Shown piece by piece: positions 6,983-15,733 of a stretch of 32,338 nt of DNA. The position numbers and the translations under genes were made by a program. Positions within the stretch are counted from its first letter, which is position 1, and every line of letters starts with the position of its first letter. The notes under the pieces are model-generated. The model saw only the letters and a list, made by a program, of their open reading frames with translations, was not told the origin of the DNA and did no database searches. The DNA is taken from positions 1 to 32,338 of the IMG/VR virus record IMGVR_UViG_3300046710_000506; one strand, 5' to 3'. The stretch is from a virus (lineage: Duplodnaviria; Caudoviricetes).

Positions 6983-9900
6983 ATGATTCCCCAGCAATTC
7001 ATTGACGACATTCTTTCTATTGATATCACAGAGGTAATCGGGAAATATATAAAGCTCACACGAAAAGGCACAAACCATCAGGGGAACTGCCCATTTCACG
7101 ATGAGAAAACTCCGAGCTTCTCAGTATCATCATCTAAGGGGATCTTCAAATGCTTCGGGTGCGGTAAAGCCGGCAACTCGATCGGGTTTGTGATGGCATA
7201 TAAGAAACTCGACTTCATCAGCGCCGTCAAGGCAATTGCCGGTGACCACAATATCATCATCCCACAGGAGGAAAAGAATGAAGAGAACGATAAAAAATAC
7301 AAGCACAGTGAATCCTTGTACCAGGTTAATGAACTCGCTGCCGGTTGGTTCCGGGATAACCTGAAAAAAGAGGAATATGCCAAGGCGCTGGAATATGTGA
7401 AAGGCCGGTGGAACGATGAAATGATAGCTGAGTTCAGGATAGGATTTGCTCCGGAAGGGTGGGATGGATTAAAAAAATGGTCTAAGGAGAACGGGATCCG
7501 CGAAGACATACTATTGGAGACCGGTCTTTTATCTGAAAGCAAGGGGAAGGTATTTGATTATTTCCGCAACCGGATCATCTTCCCAATATTTAACCGCTCA
7601 GGCAGGATCATCGGGTTCACCGGTCGGGACTTCTCCGGCAACGCAGATGCTCCAAAATATTTCAATACCAGGGAAACGGAGATCTTCACCAAGGGAAAGG
7701 TATTATATGGCTATCATTCTGCCTTCAGGTCCATCAGAGAAAAGCAATACGCTCACCTGGTCGAAGGCAATGCCGATGTGATAAGGTTGCATCAGATCGG
7801 AAAATTGAATAGTGTGGGATCCGGAGGAACCTCCCTTACACATGATCAGATCTACGAGCTGAAGAAATACACCAATTCAATTACTATCATCGGCGACAGT
7901 GACAAGGCTGGCCAGCTCGCGGTACTGAAGAGCGGGAAGATGATCATTGAGGCCGGGATGTTCTGTAACGTGATCCCGCTGCCAAACGAAGAAGGTAAAA
8001 AGTATGATCCGGACTCATTTTTTACGGACGGAGATCAGTTCGATGATTACGCAAAGGACCAGATCCGCGACTATATCATATTGCTTGCAAATGCCAGGCT
8101 TAATAAATCAAAGAGTCCGGACCTGAAATCAAAGCTCATAGACGAGTTATCCCTGCTGATCACACACCTTCCCGAATCATCACATCAACTCTATATCGAA
8201 CAGCTCGGATGCATCATTAAACCGAAAAAAGCCTGGCAGGATCGAATCAAGCAGATCCTCGGGGATATCCCAAAACAGGAAAAGAACCCGGAGGATGATG
8301 TTCCTTCTCATGTCAGCCTTTCGGATTGGGAAAAATACGGCTTCTATGCTGACAATAATCAATATTGGTTCCGGACCAAAGAAGGGAAGAAGCGCGGGTG
8401 TAACTTCATCATGGAACCATTATTCCACATCGCATCGGTGATCAATGCCAAGCGCCTTTATAAAATCACCAATGAATATGGGTTCAGCCAAGTAATCGAG
8501 CTGCAGCAGAAGGACCTGATATCGCTGGCAAATTTCAAATTAAGGGTTGAAAGCCTGGGTAATTTTCTGTTTGAGGCATCGGAGAACGAACTGAATAAGC
8601 TCAAGCGATATCTATATGAAAAGACGGAGAGTTGCTTTGAGATCACTCAGCTTGGGTGGCAGAAGTCGGGATTCTGGGCATGGTGCAACGGGATCTACAA
8701 CGGGAAATTTGTTGAAACAGATCATAACGGCATAGTGAGCAATGATGGCCAGAATTATTACCTGCCGGCATCCAGCGACATTTATAAGGGAGAGGATGGC
8801 CTTTTTATCAGTGAGCGCCGGTTCAGATACCGGACCGGGGAAATTACCCTGGTTGATTACAGTGCCAGGTTGATGGAAGTATTCGGTGAAAATGCCATGT
8901 TTGGGATCTGCTTCTATTTTGCATGCCTGTTCCGGGATCATATCGCCAGGCTGTTCGGGTTCTTTCCTATTATTAACCTTTTCGGACCAAAGGGAGCTGG
9001 GAAAACCGAACTTGCTATAAGCCTTCTCCAGTTCTTCGGGCACCAGTCAAAGGGCCCGAACATTACAAACACCACCAAGGCTGCCCTTGCCGATCATGTG
9101 GCAATTTTCAGTAACTCCTGCTGCCATATCGACGAATATAAGAACAATATGGAATATGAGAAGATTGAATTCCTGAAGGGATTGTGGGATGGCACCGGGC
9201 GCACCCGGATGAATATGGATAAGGATAAGAAGAAGGAGACCACTCATGTTGACTGTGGAATCATCGTCTCAGGACAGGAAATGCCAACGGCTGATATAGC
9301 GCTATTTTCACGCCTTATATTTCTTTCCTTCAATAAGGTTGAATACAGCGATAATGAAAAGATTTTATTTAATAACCTGAAGGAGATTGAGAAAACCGGT
9401 ATAACTCACATAACTCATCAGCTCCTGGCACACCGAAAATTCTTCATCGCAAACTTTCTTGACAATTACAAGGCGGCCTCGGATGAGTTGAATTTAGCAC
9501 TGGGTAATATGGTGATCGAGGACCGGATATTCAGGAACTGGCTTGTGATCATTTCCGCTTACCGGACCATTAAGGATCTGATTGAGGTACCATGGACCTA
9601 TAAAAATTTACTCGATAATGCAGCCCGGCTGATCACCAGGCAGAACCAGGAAACGAAGAAGAGTAATGAACTGTCAATTTTTTGGGGAATTGTTGAATTC
9701 CTTACCAATAATAATGAGATTCGGGAGGATGTCGACTTCAAGGTTGATTTTGTTTCATCGATCAAGACCGATAAGATCTTGGGTGAGGTTGAATGGAGCC
9801 AGCCTAAGAATGTTCTCCTGTTAAATCATAGCAGGATCTTCCAGCTTTACCGTGTGCATGGGCACCGGGCCAAGGAAAATATTCTTCCGCTGAAGACCCT

Positions 9901-10126
9901 TGAATACTACCTGATCAACTCCAAGGAATATCTCGGCAAGAAAAGCAGTGTGAGTTTCAAAGTAGAAGATAACAACCGGGTGATAGAAGATGTCAATGTA
10001 GGGATGGAATTGAATAAAACTACCCGCAGAATAACCACGGCTATGGTATTTGACTATGATTTACTGAACATATCTATTGTAAATAAGATAGTTAACAATA
10101 AAACAGATACAGACCTTCCATTCTGA
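6983..10126 (+). CDS. DnaG-type primase fused to a C-terminal P-loop NTPase/helicase
   Basis: CHC2 zinc finger CPFHDEKTPSF...FKCFGCG; FRNRIIFPI; TOPRIM VEGNADV and GDSDKAG; Walker A GPKGAGKT; Walker B HIDE. Confidence 0.93.
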   Translation: MIPQQFIDDILSIDITEVIGKYIKLTRKGTNHQGNCPFHDEKTPSFSVSSSKGIFKCFGCGKAGNSIGFVMAYKKLDFISAVKAIAGDHNIIIPQEEKNEENDKKYKHSESLYQVNELAAGWFRDNLKKEEYAKALEYVKGRWNDEMIAEFRIGFAPEGWDGLKKWSKENGIREDILLETGLLSESKGKVFDYFRNRIIFPIFNRSGRIIGFTGRDFSGNADAPKYFNTRETEIFTKGKVLYGYHSAFRSIREKQYAHLVEGNADVIRLHQIGKLNSVGSGGTSLTHDQIYELKKYTNSITIIGDSDKAGQLAVLKSGKMIIEAGMFCNVIPLPNEEGKKYDPDSFFTDGDQFDDYAKDQIRDYIILLANARLNKSKSPDLKSKLIDELSLLITHLPESSHQLYIEQLGCIIKPKKAWQDRIKQILGDIPKQEKNPEDDVPSHVSLSDWEKYGFYADNNQYWFRTKEGKKRGCNFIMEPLFHIASVINAKRLYKITNEYGFSQVIELQQKDLISLANFKLRVESLGNFLFEASENELNKLKRYLYEKTESCFEITQLGWQKSGFWAWCNGIYNGKFVETDHNGIVSNDGQNYYLPASSDIYKGEDGLFISERRFRYRTGEITLVDYSARLMEVFGENAMFGICFYFACLFRDHIARLFGFFPIINLFGPKGAGKTELAISLLQFFGHQSKGPNITNTTKAALADHVAIFSNSCCHIDEYKNNMEYEKIEFLKGLWDGTGRTRMNMDKDKKKETTHVDCGIIVSGQEMPTADIALFSRLIFLSFNKVEYSDNEKILFNNLKEIEKTGITHITHQLLAHRKFFIANFLDNYKAASDELNLALGNMVIEDRIFRNWLVIISAYRTIKDLIEVPWTYKNLLDNAARLITRQNQETKKSNELSIFWGIVEFLTNNNEIREDVDFKVDFVSSIKTDKILGEVEWSQPKNVLLLNHSRIFQLYRVHGHRAKENILPLKTLEYYLINSKEYLGKKSSVSFKVEDNNRVIEDVNVGMELNKTTRRITTAMVFDYDLLNISIVNKIVNNKTDTDLPF

Positions 10127-10161
10127 AAAATATTTTTTCACTCAGATAGGATTCAAAAGGC

Positions 10162-10378
10162 CAACTACATCAACTACATCAACTACAAATCTATAATAAT
10201 CTAAAAATCAGTAAAATAAATAAAATATAGGAGAATAAAACTCAACTACATCCAACTACATAAAACTACATCAACTACAAAAATCTAAAAAATGAAGATC
10301 AAAACTACAGGCTTGTTTTTGTTAAGTTCTAAAAATCAGTTATTTAAGTAAATGTAGTTGATGTAGTTGGCGTAGTTG
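10162..10378. repeat. Iteron array, probable replication origin
   Basis: Eight direct (C/A)AACTACA copies (10162, 10171, 10180, 10243, 10253, 10263, 10272, 10302) and three inverted copies (10352, 10361, 10370), with AT-rich spacers, directly after the primase-helicase. Confidence 0.8.
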
Positions 10379-10417
10379 CCAATATATATGTCCTACCTGG
10401 GGAAAAAAATAAAAAAA

Positions 10418-10672
10418 ATGCAGAAGAAGGTCGACACTTTAGGATTGGAATACTACCCGGAACTTCCGGAAGGCTATCGTCTGGCCACCATTGATGATTT
10501 CCATACCCGGGGAAGAAAGAAAATAGGGATGGAGTATCTGGTTCACACCTACCATTCTAATGTTTTTGAGGTTCGTATGGTATCTGAAGATCTGAAAGGG
10601 GAGATGCTGGTACCGTTTTTTAAAGAAGGTAGAATTTATATCAAAGTAAATGAGACTGTTTTACAAAATTGA
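10418..10672 (+). CDS. Hypothetical protein
   Basis: ORF after the origin; ATG 10418 is preferred over TTG 10376, which overlaps the iterons. Confidence 0.6.
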   Translation: MQKKVDTLGLEYYPELPEGYRLATIDDFHTRGRKKIGMEYLVHTYHSNVFEVRMVSEDLKGEMLVPFFKEGRIYIKVNETVLQN

Positions 10673-10820
10673 AAGCCTGTCAGGCACCCTGGTCAACATC
10701 GTGATTTTTGTGATCGCGGCTTATATGTTCATACTGGTGTTTTTCTATCCGGAGTATGCAGGTATGTTATTCGGAATAATGACAAAGGGGTTTATGTCGA
10801 TTGTAAAGGGGGTGAAATAA
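10650..10820 (+). CDS. Small membrane protein (56 aa, absent from the ORF track)
   Basis: Hand translation MRLFYKIESLSGTLVNIVIFVIAAYMFILVFFYPEYAGMLFGIMTKGFMSIVKGVK*; it fills the gap before the methylase. Confidence 0.55.
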   Translation: MRLFYKIESLSGTLVNIVIFVIAAYMFILVFFYPEYAGMLFGIMTKGFMSIVKGVK

Positions 10821-10828
10821 ATGGAATT

Positions 10829-11629
10829 ATGAGATCACCGATCATTTATTATGGTGGAAAAACATCGATGCTTCCCATTATCCTTCCGATGGTACCACAA
10901 CACAAAGTTTATACCGAGGTATTCTTCGGGGGTGGTGCGTTGTTCTTTGCCAAGTCGCCGGCGAAGAATGAAACCATAAATGACACTCTGGATATCGTTA
11001 TTAATTTCTATAACCAGCTAAAAAACAATTTTGAAGAGTTAAATCAAAAAATCCAGTCCACTTGTTTCTCGCGCACTCTTCACGACAGGGCGCTTCTTAT
11101 CATAAAGAATAAGAATTTATTTTCAGAAGTGGAACTGGCCTGGGCATTCTGGATGTGCAGCAATTCAAGTTACGGTAACAAGATTGGGGGGGGGCTTAAA
11201 TACTCAAACGATCAAGGCACATTGCCACCACAGGTAATGAAACGGAATAAGGATGCATTCACAATGGAATTGGTTAAAAGGATAGAGTTTGCAATTATTG
11301 AAAACAGGGATGCGCTCCAGGTGTTGGAATCCAGGAATGTTAAAGATGCCTTTCATTATATTGATCCGCCATATCCCGGTGCAGACCAGGGACATTACAA
11401 AGGATATTGCTTCAATGAATTTGAAAAGCTGCTTCAATGGTGTGAAACCTGTAAGGGGAAATTCCTTATGAGTAATTACAACAGCGAAATGCTGCAACAA
11501 TTTATCGAGAAAAACAAATGGCATAATTCTACCCACAAATTCAATAATAAAGGAATGCGGAAGAATGACCGGAAAAAATTTGAGGTTCTTATCTGGAATT
11601 ATGATTTACCACAAAAGACAATATTTTAA
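10829..11629 (+). CDS. DNA adenine methyltransferase, Dam/D12 class
   Basis: YYGGK, EVFFGGGAL (SAM binding), catalytic YIDPPY. Confidence 0.92.
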   Translation: MRSPIIYYGGKTSMLPIILPMVPQHKVYTEVFFGGGALFFAKSPAKNETINDTLDIVINFYNQLKNNFEELNQKIQSTCFSRTLHDRALLIIKNKNLFSEVELAWAFWMCSNSSYGNKIGGGLKYSNDQGTLPPQVMKRNKDAFTMELVKRIEFAIIENRDALQVLESRNVKDAFHYIDPPYPGADQGHYKGYCFNEFEKLLQWCETCKGKFLMSNYNSEMLQQFIEKNKWHNSTHKFNNKGMRKNDRKKFEVLIWNYDLPQKTIF

Positions 11630-11665
11630 GATACCAATTATTCATTAACAATTAAATCAAATATC

Positions 11666-12139
11666 ATGTTAGCAACAAACGGAAAAATCATCATCGAAAT
11701 TCCTGAAGGCAAGACGGCCAACCAGGAAAGTAAAAAAGGGAAACTGATAATCAGTTTCAAAGACAAACCAAAGGGGAAGATCACCGACCGGGTAAAAGAT
11801 TTTGTCGATGCTTGCATCGAAGATGGCATTAAACCGGCCGATGTTTATAATTCTTCCGAAACCGAGGATGAAATAGCTTATAAAAAGCTGAAGCGGATCG
11901 CTAAAGTCCTCAATGAAGGATGGGAGCCAAACTGGAATGATGGCAATGAGCGCAAATGGTGGCCATGGTTTAAATGGTCGGCCGGTTCCGGGTTCGACTT
12001 TTCGTATTCGGGTTACCTCTGCGATCATTCGCATGCGACTGTCGGTTCTCGCTTTTGCTTGAAAAGCGAAGAACTTGCCAACTATTTTGGGAAACAATTC
12101 CTTCCAATTCACAACGATTTATTAATCATCAAAAAGTAA
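11666..12139 (+). CDS. DGR2 target protein A (157 aa)
   Basis: Contains VR2a ending VGSRFC; paralogous to 12144-12560. Confidence 0.9.
   Translation: MLATNGKIIIEIPEGKTANQESKKGKLIISFKDKPKGKITDRVKDFVDACIEDGIKPADVYNSSETEDEIAYKKLKRIAKVLNEGWEPNWNDGNERKWWPWFKWSAGSGFDFSYSGYLCDHSHATVGSRFCLKSEELANYFGKQFLPIHNDLLIIKK
11978..12058 (+). repeat. DGR2 variable repeat VR2a
   Basis: 81-nt ungapped match to 12603-12683, with 16 mismatches at TR adenines and 1 at a non-A position near the 3' end. Confidence 0.93.
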
Positions 12140-12143
12140 AATC

Positions 12144-12560
12144 ATGAAAAAGGAAACAAAATCTACAAGGAAGGTCAACGAACCATTCGATTTCAGATCG
12201 ATAAAGACTGTTAATGATGCTTTCAAAAAGCAGAAACTTGAACGTCCAAAATTAAAGGACCTACTGGTAATGGTACCACCAAGGTTCCGGGCTGCATGGC
12301 TTTCAGTTTATGAACTGTTCGTCATTTTCGAAGCCATTAATGACGGATGGAAGGCGGATTTCACAAACAGTAGCCAGTGGAAATATTATCCCTGGGGAAA
12401 AGTTTTGTCGGCCGGTTCCGGGTTCGACTTTTCGGATTCGGATTTCGGCTACGGTGATACGGATACGGTTGTCGGTTCTCGCCTTTGCACCAACACTTCA
12501 GAAAAAGCGAAGTATATTTTTAAGCAGTTCAATGAACAATATAAAAAGTTCTTTCTGTAA
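12144..12560 (+). CDS. DGR2 target protein B (138 aa)
   Basis: Contains VR2b ending VGSRLC; shares N(E/D)GW...K(W/Y)(W/Y)PW with target A. Confidence 0.9.
   Translation: MKKETKSTRKVNEPFDFRSIKTVNDAFKKQKLERPKLKDLLVMVPPRFRAAWLSVYELFVIFEAINDGWKADFTNSSQWKYYPWGKVLSAGSGFDFSDSDFGYGDTDTVVGSRLCTNTSEKAKYIFKQFNEQYKKFFL
12401..12489 (+). repeat. DGR2 variable repeat VR2b
   Basis: 89-nt ungapped match to 12596-12684; all 15 mismatches lie opposite TR adenines. Confidence 0.95.
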
Positions 12561-12595
12561 ATGAAAACCACCGGTGGCATGCTGCATCAGCTGAT

Positions 12596-12684
12596 AGTTT
12601 TGTCGGCCAGTTCCAGGTTCGACTTTTCGAATTCGAATTACAACTACGATAATACGAATACGAATGTCAGTTCTCACCTATGCA
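12596..12684 (+). ncRNA. DGR2 template repeat (TR2)
   Basis: AAT/AAC-rich copy of both VRs directly upstream of RT2. Confidence 0.95.
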
Positions 12685-12782
12685 AGTTTAGCAGCACGGA
12701 CCCTGCCAACAAGGCAAAAAATCACGATAGTGAAAAGAGCGTTGGTACCGATGGGAAAACGATCTTCTAACAGCAAAGGCAA

Positions 12783-13733
12783 ATGAAAAGGAAAAGCAAT
12801 TTATACGAACAGATCTGCAACATCGAAAATCTCGAGCTGGCAGATTTGGTTGCCAGGAAAGGCAAATTGAAGCAACCAGGTGTTATTGCGCATGACAAGA
12901 ACCGGGAAGAGAACATCCATATGCTTCATGAAATGCTGAAGAAAAAAACCTACAGAACTTCTGAATACACAACCTTCCCGATCTATGAGCCGAAGGAAAG
13001 GATCATCTACCGGCTTCCATACTTCCCTGACCGCATCACACACCATGCTGTGATGAACATCCTGGAGCCATTATTCGTCTCCACTTTTACGGCCAACACC
13101 TACAGTTGTATAAAAGGTCGTGGGATCCATGCTGCAGCCAATGCCGTGAAATGCGCACTCAGGGATGTGGATGGAACCCAGTTTTGTTTAAAGATGGATG
13201 TGCGGAAGTTCTACCCATCAGTTGATCATGACATTTTAAAGCAGCTTCTGCGCCGTAAGATAAAAGACCAGGATCTCTTGTGGCTTCTTGATGAGATCAT
13301 CGACAGCACCGATGGCCTGCCGATAGGGAATTACCTGAGCCAGTATTTTGCAAACTTCTTTTTGACCTATTTCGATCATTGGATCAAGGAAGAGAAGAAA
13401 GTGAAGTATTACTTCCGGTATGCCGACGACCTGGTTATCCTGGCCGGGGATAAACCATACCTGCACCAGATCCTATCCGATATCACTAAATACCTGCAGG
13501 AAAGGCTCAAGTTGACGGTGAAGGATAACTACCAGGTGTTTCCGGTGGATGACCGAGGGATCTACTTTGTGGGTTACGTTTTCTTCCACACACATACGCG
13601 CCTGCGCAAAACCATCAAGCAGAACTTTGCCCGGATGCTGGCCCGGAGACCAAATCTTAAATCAATAGCATCCTACCAGGGATGGATCAAGCATTGTGAT
13701 GGCAGACACTTACTCAAAAAATTGTGCGCATGA
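12783..13733 (+). CDS. DGR reverse transcriptase RT2
   Basis: 316 aa with PDRITHHA, KMDVRKFYPS, GLPIGNYLSQ and catalytic YADD. Confidence 0.95.
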   Translation: MKRKSNLYEQICNIENLELADLVARKGKLKQPGVIAHDKNREENIHMLHEMLKKKTYRTSEYTTFPIYEPKERIIYRLPYFPDRITHHAVMNILEPLFVSTFTANTYSCIKGRGIHAAANAVKCALRDVDGTQFCLKMDVRKFYPSVDHDILKQLLRRKIKDQDLLWLLDEIIDSTDGLPIGNYLSQYFANFFLTYFDHWIKEEKKVKYYFRYADDLVILAGDKPYLHQILSDITKYLQERLKLTVKDNYQVFPVDDRGIYFVGYVFFHTHTRLRKTIKQNFARMLARRPNLKSIASYQGWIKHCDGRHLLKKLCA

Positions 13734-14041
13734 ACAACTTTAACCAATTCGGCATTACAGTGACAGCCAAGAGCTTTGTCGGTGACAAGATCAAGATTGC
13801 GAAGGTATTTGAGAAGGAGATCGTTGTTCATGATTTTAAAATAGAGGAATCAAAAGTACAATCATATAGGGAAAGGGGAGCTGATAAATGTCTGCATTTG
13901 CAGATCTCAATCAATGACGTTAAGCATATCCTGTTTACTTCTTCCGGACCATTGATTGAGGCGATTCAATTGGTTCCGGAGAATGGATTCCCCTTTACGA
14001 CCACTATTATTGAGGACAATGACAGATTTATATTCACATGA
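13730..14041 (+). CDS. Hypothetical protein translationally coupled to RT2
   Basis: ATG 13730 overlaps the RT2 stop (ATGA); beta-rich sequence, not Avd-like. Confidence 0.7.
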   Translation: MNNFNQFGITVTAKSFVGDKIKIAKVFEKEIVVHDFKIEESKVQSYRERGADKCLHLQISINDVKHILFTSSGPLIEAIQLVPENGFPFTTTIIEDNDRFIFT

Positions 14042-14511
14042 CGGATCTATTTGATAATAATGATGCAATTTTCTCAGATGATAGAAAATATAGATATCGT
14101 TTAACGAGAATTTGGGATCTTTCTCTCCCACTTATTGCATTCATTGGGTTAAACCCATCAACGGCAAATGAAGAATCCGATGATCCCACTATTCGCAGAT
14201 TAAAAGGATTCGTCAGGAAATGGGATTATGGTGGATTTTTTATGTACAATCTTTTTGCACTGGTAACTCCTTATCCACAGGATCTATTAAAATCCGATGA
14301 TCCTATCGGCAGGAATGATGAATATTTGAAACTTTTACAAGGTAAGTGCCCAGTTGTATTTGCATGGGGATCATTTAAAGAAGCCGAAAAAAGAGCGCCA
14401 AAGGTTATTAAATTATTTCCAATGGCATATTGCCTTGGTAAGAATGCGAATGGATCTCCGAAACACCCACTCTATTTACCCAGTGAAACTGAATTAATTT
14501 TTTATTCCTAA
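14038..14511 (+). CDS. DUF1643 family protein
   Basis: YRYRLTRIWD, FIGLNPSTA, DDPTIRR, NLFA, VFAWG and PKHPLY motifs. Confidence 0.88.
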   Translation: MTDLFDNNDAIFSDDRKYRYRLTRIWDLSLPLIAFIGLNPSTANEESDDPTIRRLKGFVRKWDYGGFFMYNLFALVTPYPQDLLKSDDPIGRNDEYLKLLQGKCPVVFAWGSFKEAEKRAPKVIKLFPMAYCLGKNANGSPKHPLYLPSETELIFYS

Positions 14512-14570
14512 TAAAATCATCATTAAATCTGACCTTTAAATAAACTCATAACCAAACTAACTTTACCACC

Positions 14571-15071
14571 ATGCCATCAGACGTTATAATTAAAATGGAA
14601 TGCCCATCTTATTTGATAAAATTTCTGGAATGCCTTTACGGTAATATGCCGATTGTCTTTCCTCGGAACAATGATCTGTCAAAATCATTAGATCATTTAT
14701 TGGATAGACCACCAAAAAGTTATACCGAAGATTCTAATTGTGAAGGCATGTTACTGATTAAACTTAATTATTTTGAAGATAAAAACATCCTTTATAATTG
14801 GTATTTATCGAAAAAATCGAAGGGATTATTCATTGAACGGGTAAATAAGTATTTTAAATGTAAGTTCCACGAAGATGTAAATACATCGCTTTTAAATGGG
14901 TATAACAGAAAAGACAGCATAGATATTTTTATTGAAAAATTTGATCTTTATGATGAGAAGGAGATTTATGATCTTCTTGAAAGAGACTATAGAAGATATT
15001 GGGAAAGGAAAGAGTATCGAAAAACGCATAAAAGAAAGCAGAAAAAAATAGAAAAGAATTTCGTCAGTTAG
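14571..15071 (+). CDS. Hypothetical protein, candidate late-transcription regulator
   Basis: Last gene before the morphogenesis block, with a basic helical C-terminus; function inferred from position only. Confidence 0.5.
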   Translation: MPSDVIIKMECPSYLIKFLECLYGNMPIVFPRNNDLSKSLDHLLDRPPKSYTEDSNCEGMLLIKLNYFEDKNILYNWYLSKKSKGLFIERVNKYFKCKFHEDVNTSLLNGYNRKDSIDIFIEKFDLYDEKEIYDLLERDYRRYWERKEYRKTHKRKQKKIEKNFVS

Positions 15072-15087
15072 AGCATCATTTTTGCAC

Positions 15088-15133
15088 TTTTTCCGTTTTT
15101 CCCGTTTTTTCCCGTTTTTCCCGTTTTTTTCCG
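15088..15133. repeat. Five tandem T5-7C2-3G units
   Basis: tttttccg tttttcccg ttttttcccg tttttcccg tttttttccg at the early/late junction. Confidence 0.85.
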
Positions 15134-15165
15134 ACAATATCTAATTTCTTATAATTATTATTATC

Positions 15166-15657
15166 ATGGAAAACATCAACATTCATTCAGGGATAAACAT
15201 CGGGGGTGTAACCCCTGTTCAATGGATCTATCAAAATGACATTGGCTCCATCACATTTTCACTTGCCACCTTAATTGCAGGCGTGACTTTAAAATCAGGA
15301 AAGGCATGGAATAATCTTTACGGATCTCCTGGCACCATTAATATCGAATCAGATCCAAAAGATTCTGATGCCGGTATGGTTCATACATATAAGATAAAGA
15401 TGCTGGTACCGAAGAACAGGATCGATGCCGAACAGCAATTGTTCCAGATGGATGGCCGCAAAATAGTGGTAAAGGTGAAAGACAAGAACGGGACGGTCCG
15501 GCTGTTCGGGACCACAGATGCCGCTTTCACCAAAACTCACAAACTATTGATGCCGGGCGAAGTTCCCGGGTTCAACGGATACGAAGTTATCTTCCTGGGT
15601 GATCTGACCCACCCGGCGCTTTTCATCCCATCAGAGGATGGGATAACCGGAATGTAG
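15166..15657 (+). CDS. Probable virion structural protein (tail-tube-like fold)
   Basis: NIGG...LKSGKAW...VKDKNGTVRLFG loosely parallels the mature part of 17878-18579. Confidence 0.45.
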   Translation: MENINIHSGINIGGVTPVQWIYQNDIGSITFSLATLIAGVTLKSGKAWNNLYGSPGTINIESDPKDSDAGMVHTYKIKMLVPKNRIDAEQQLFQMDGRKIVVKVKDKNGTVRLFGTTDAAFTKTHKLLMPGEVPGFNGYEVIFLGDLTHPALFIPSEDGITGM

Positions 15658-15668
15658 TGCCTTTTTCA

Positions 15669-15703
15669 GTCCTTTATTAAGGCGACACACCATTATAATA
15701 TTG
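15669..15703 (+). promoter_or_regulatory. Putative late promoter, copy 1
   Basis: GTCCTTT-N20-TAATATTG upstream of the ClpP gene. Confidence 0.6.
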
Positions 15704-15733
15704 TACCCTCATTCAAGGGTACAATATTATTTT

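Noticed and set aside
10162-10378. CRISPR array
   Set aside because: Units are 9 bp, partly tandem and partly inverted, with no unique 30-40 nt spacers and no cas genes.
12561-12770. 69-aa ORF spanning TR2, resembling a third target paralog
   Set aside because: It is the template repeat read in frame (Asn-rich from AAY codons) and lacks the N-terminal domain shared by the two targets; translation cannot be fully excluded.
974-13733. RTs as group II intron, retron or Abi-type enzymes
   Set aside because: Both are about 320-335 aa with the GxxxSQ signature and adjacent TR/VR pairs showing adenine-specific mismatches.
14892-15137. Lys/Gly-rich minus-strand ORF
   Set aside because: Its N-terminus is just the translation of the T-tract repeat, and the rest is antisense to 14571-15071.
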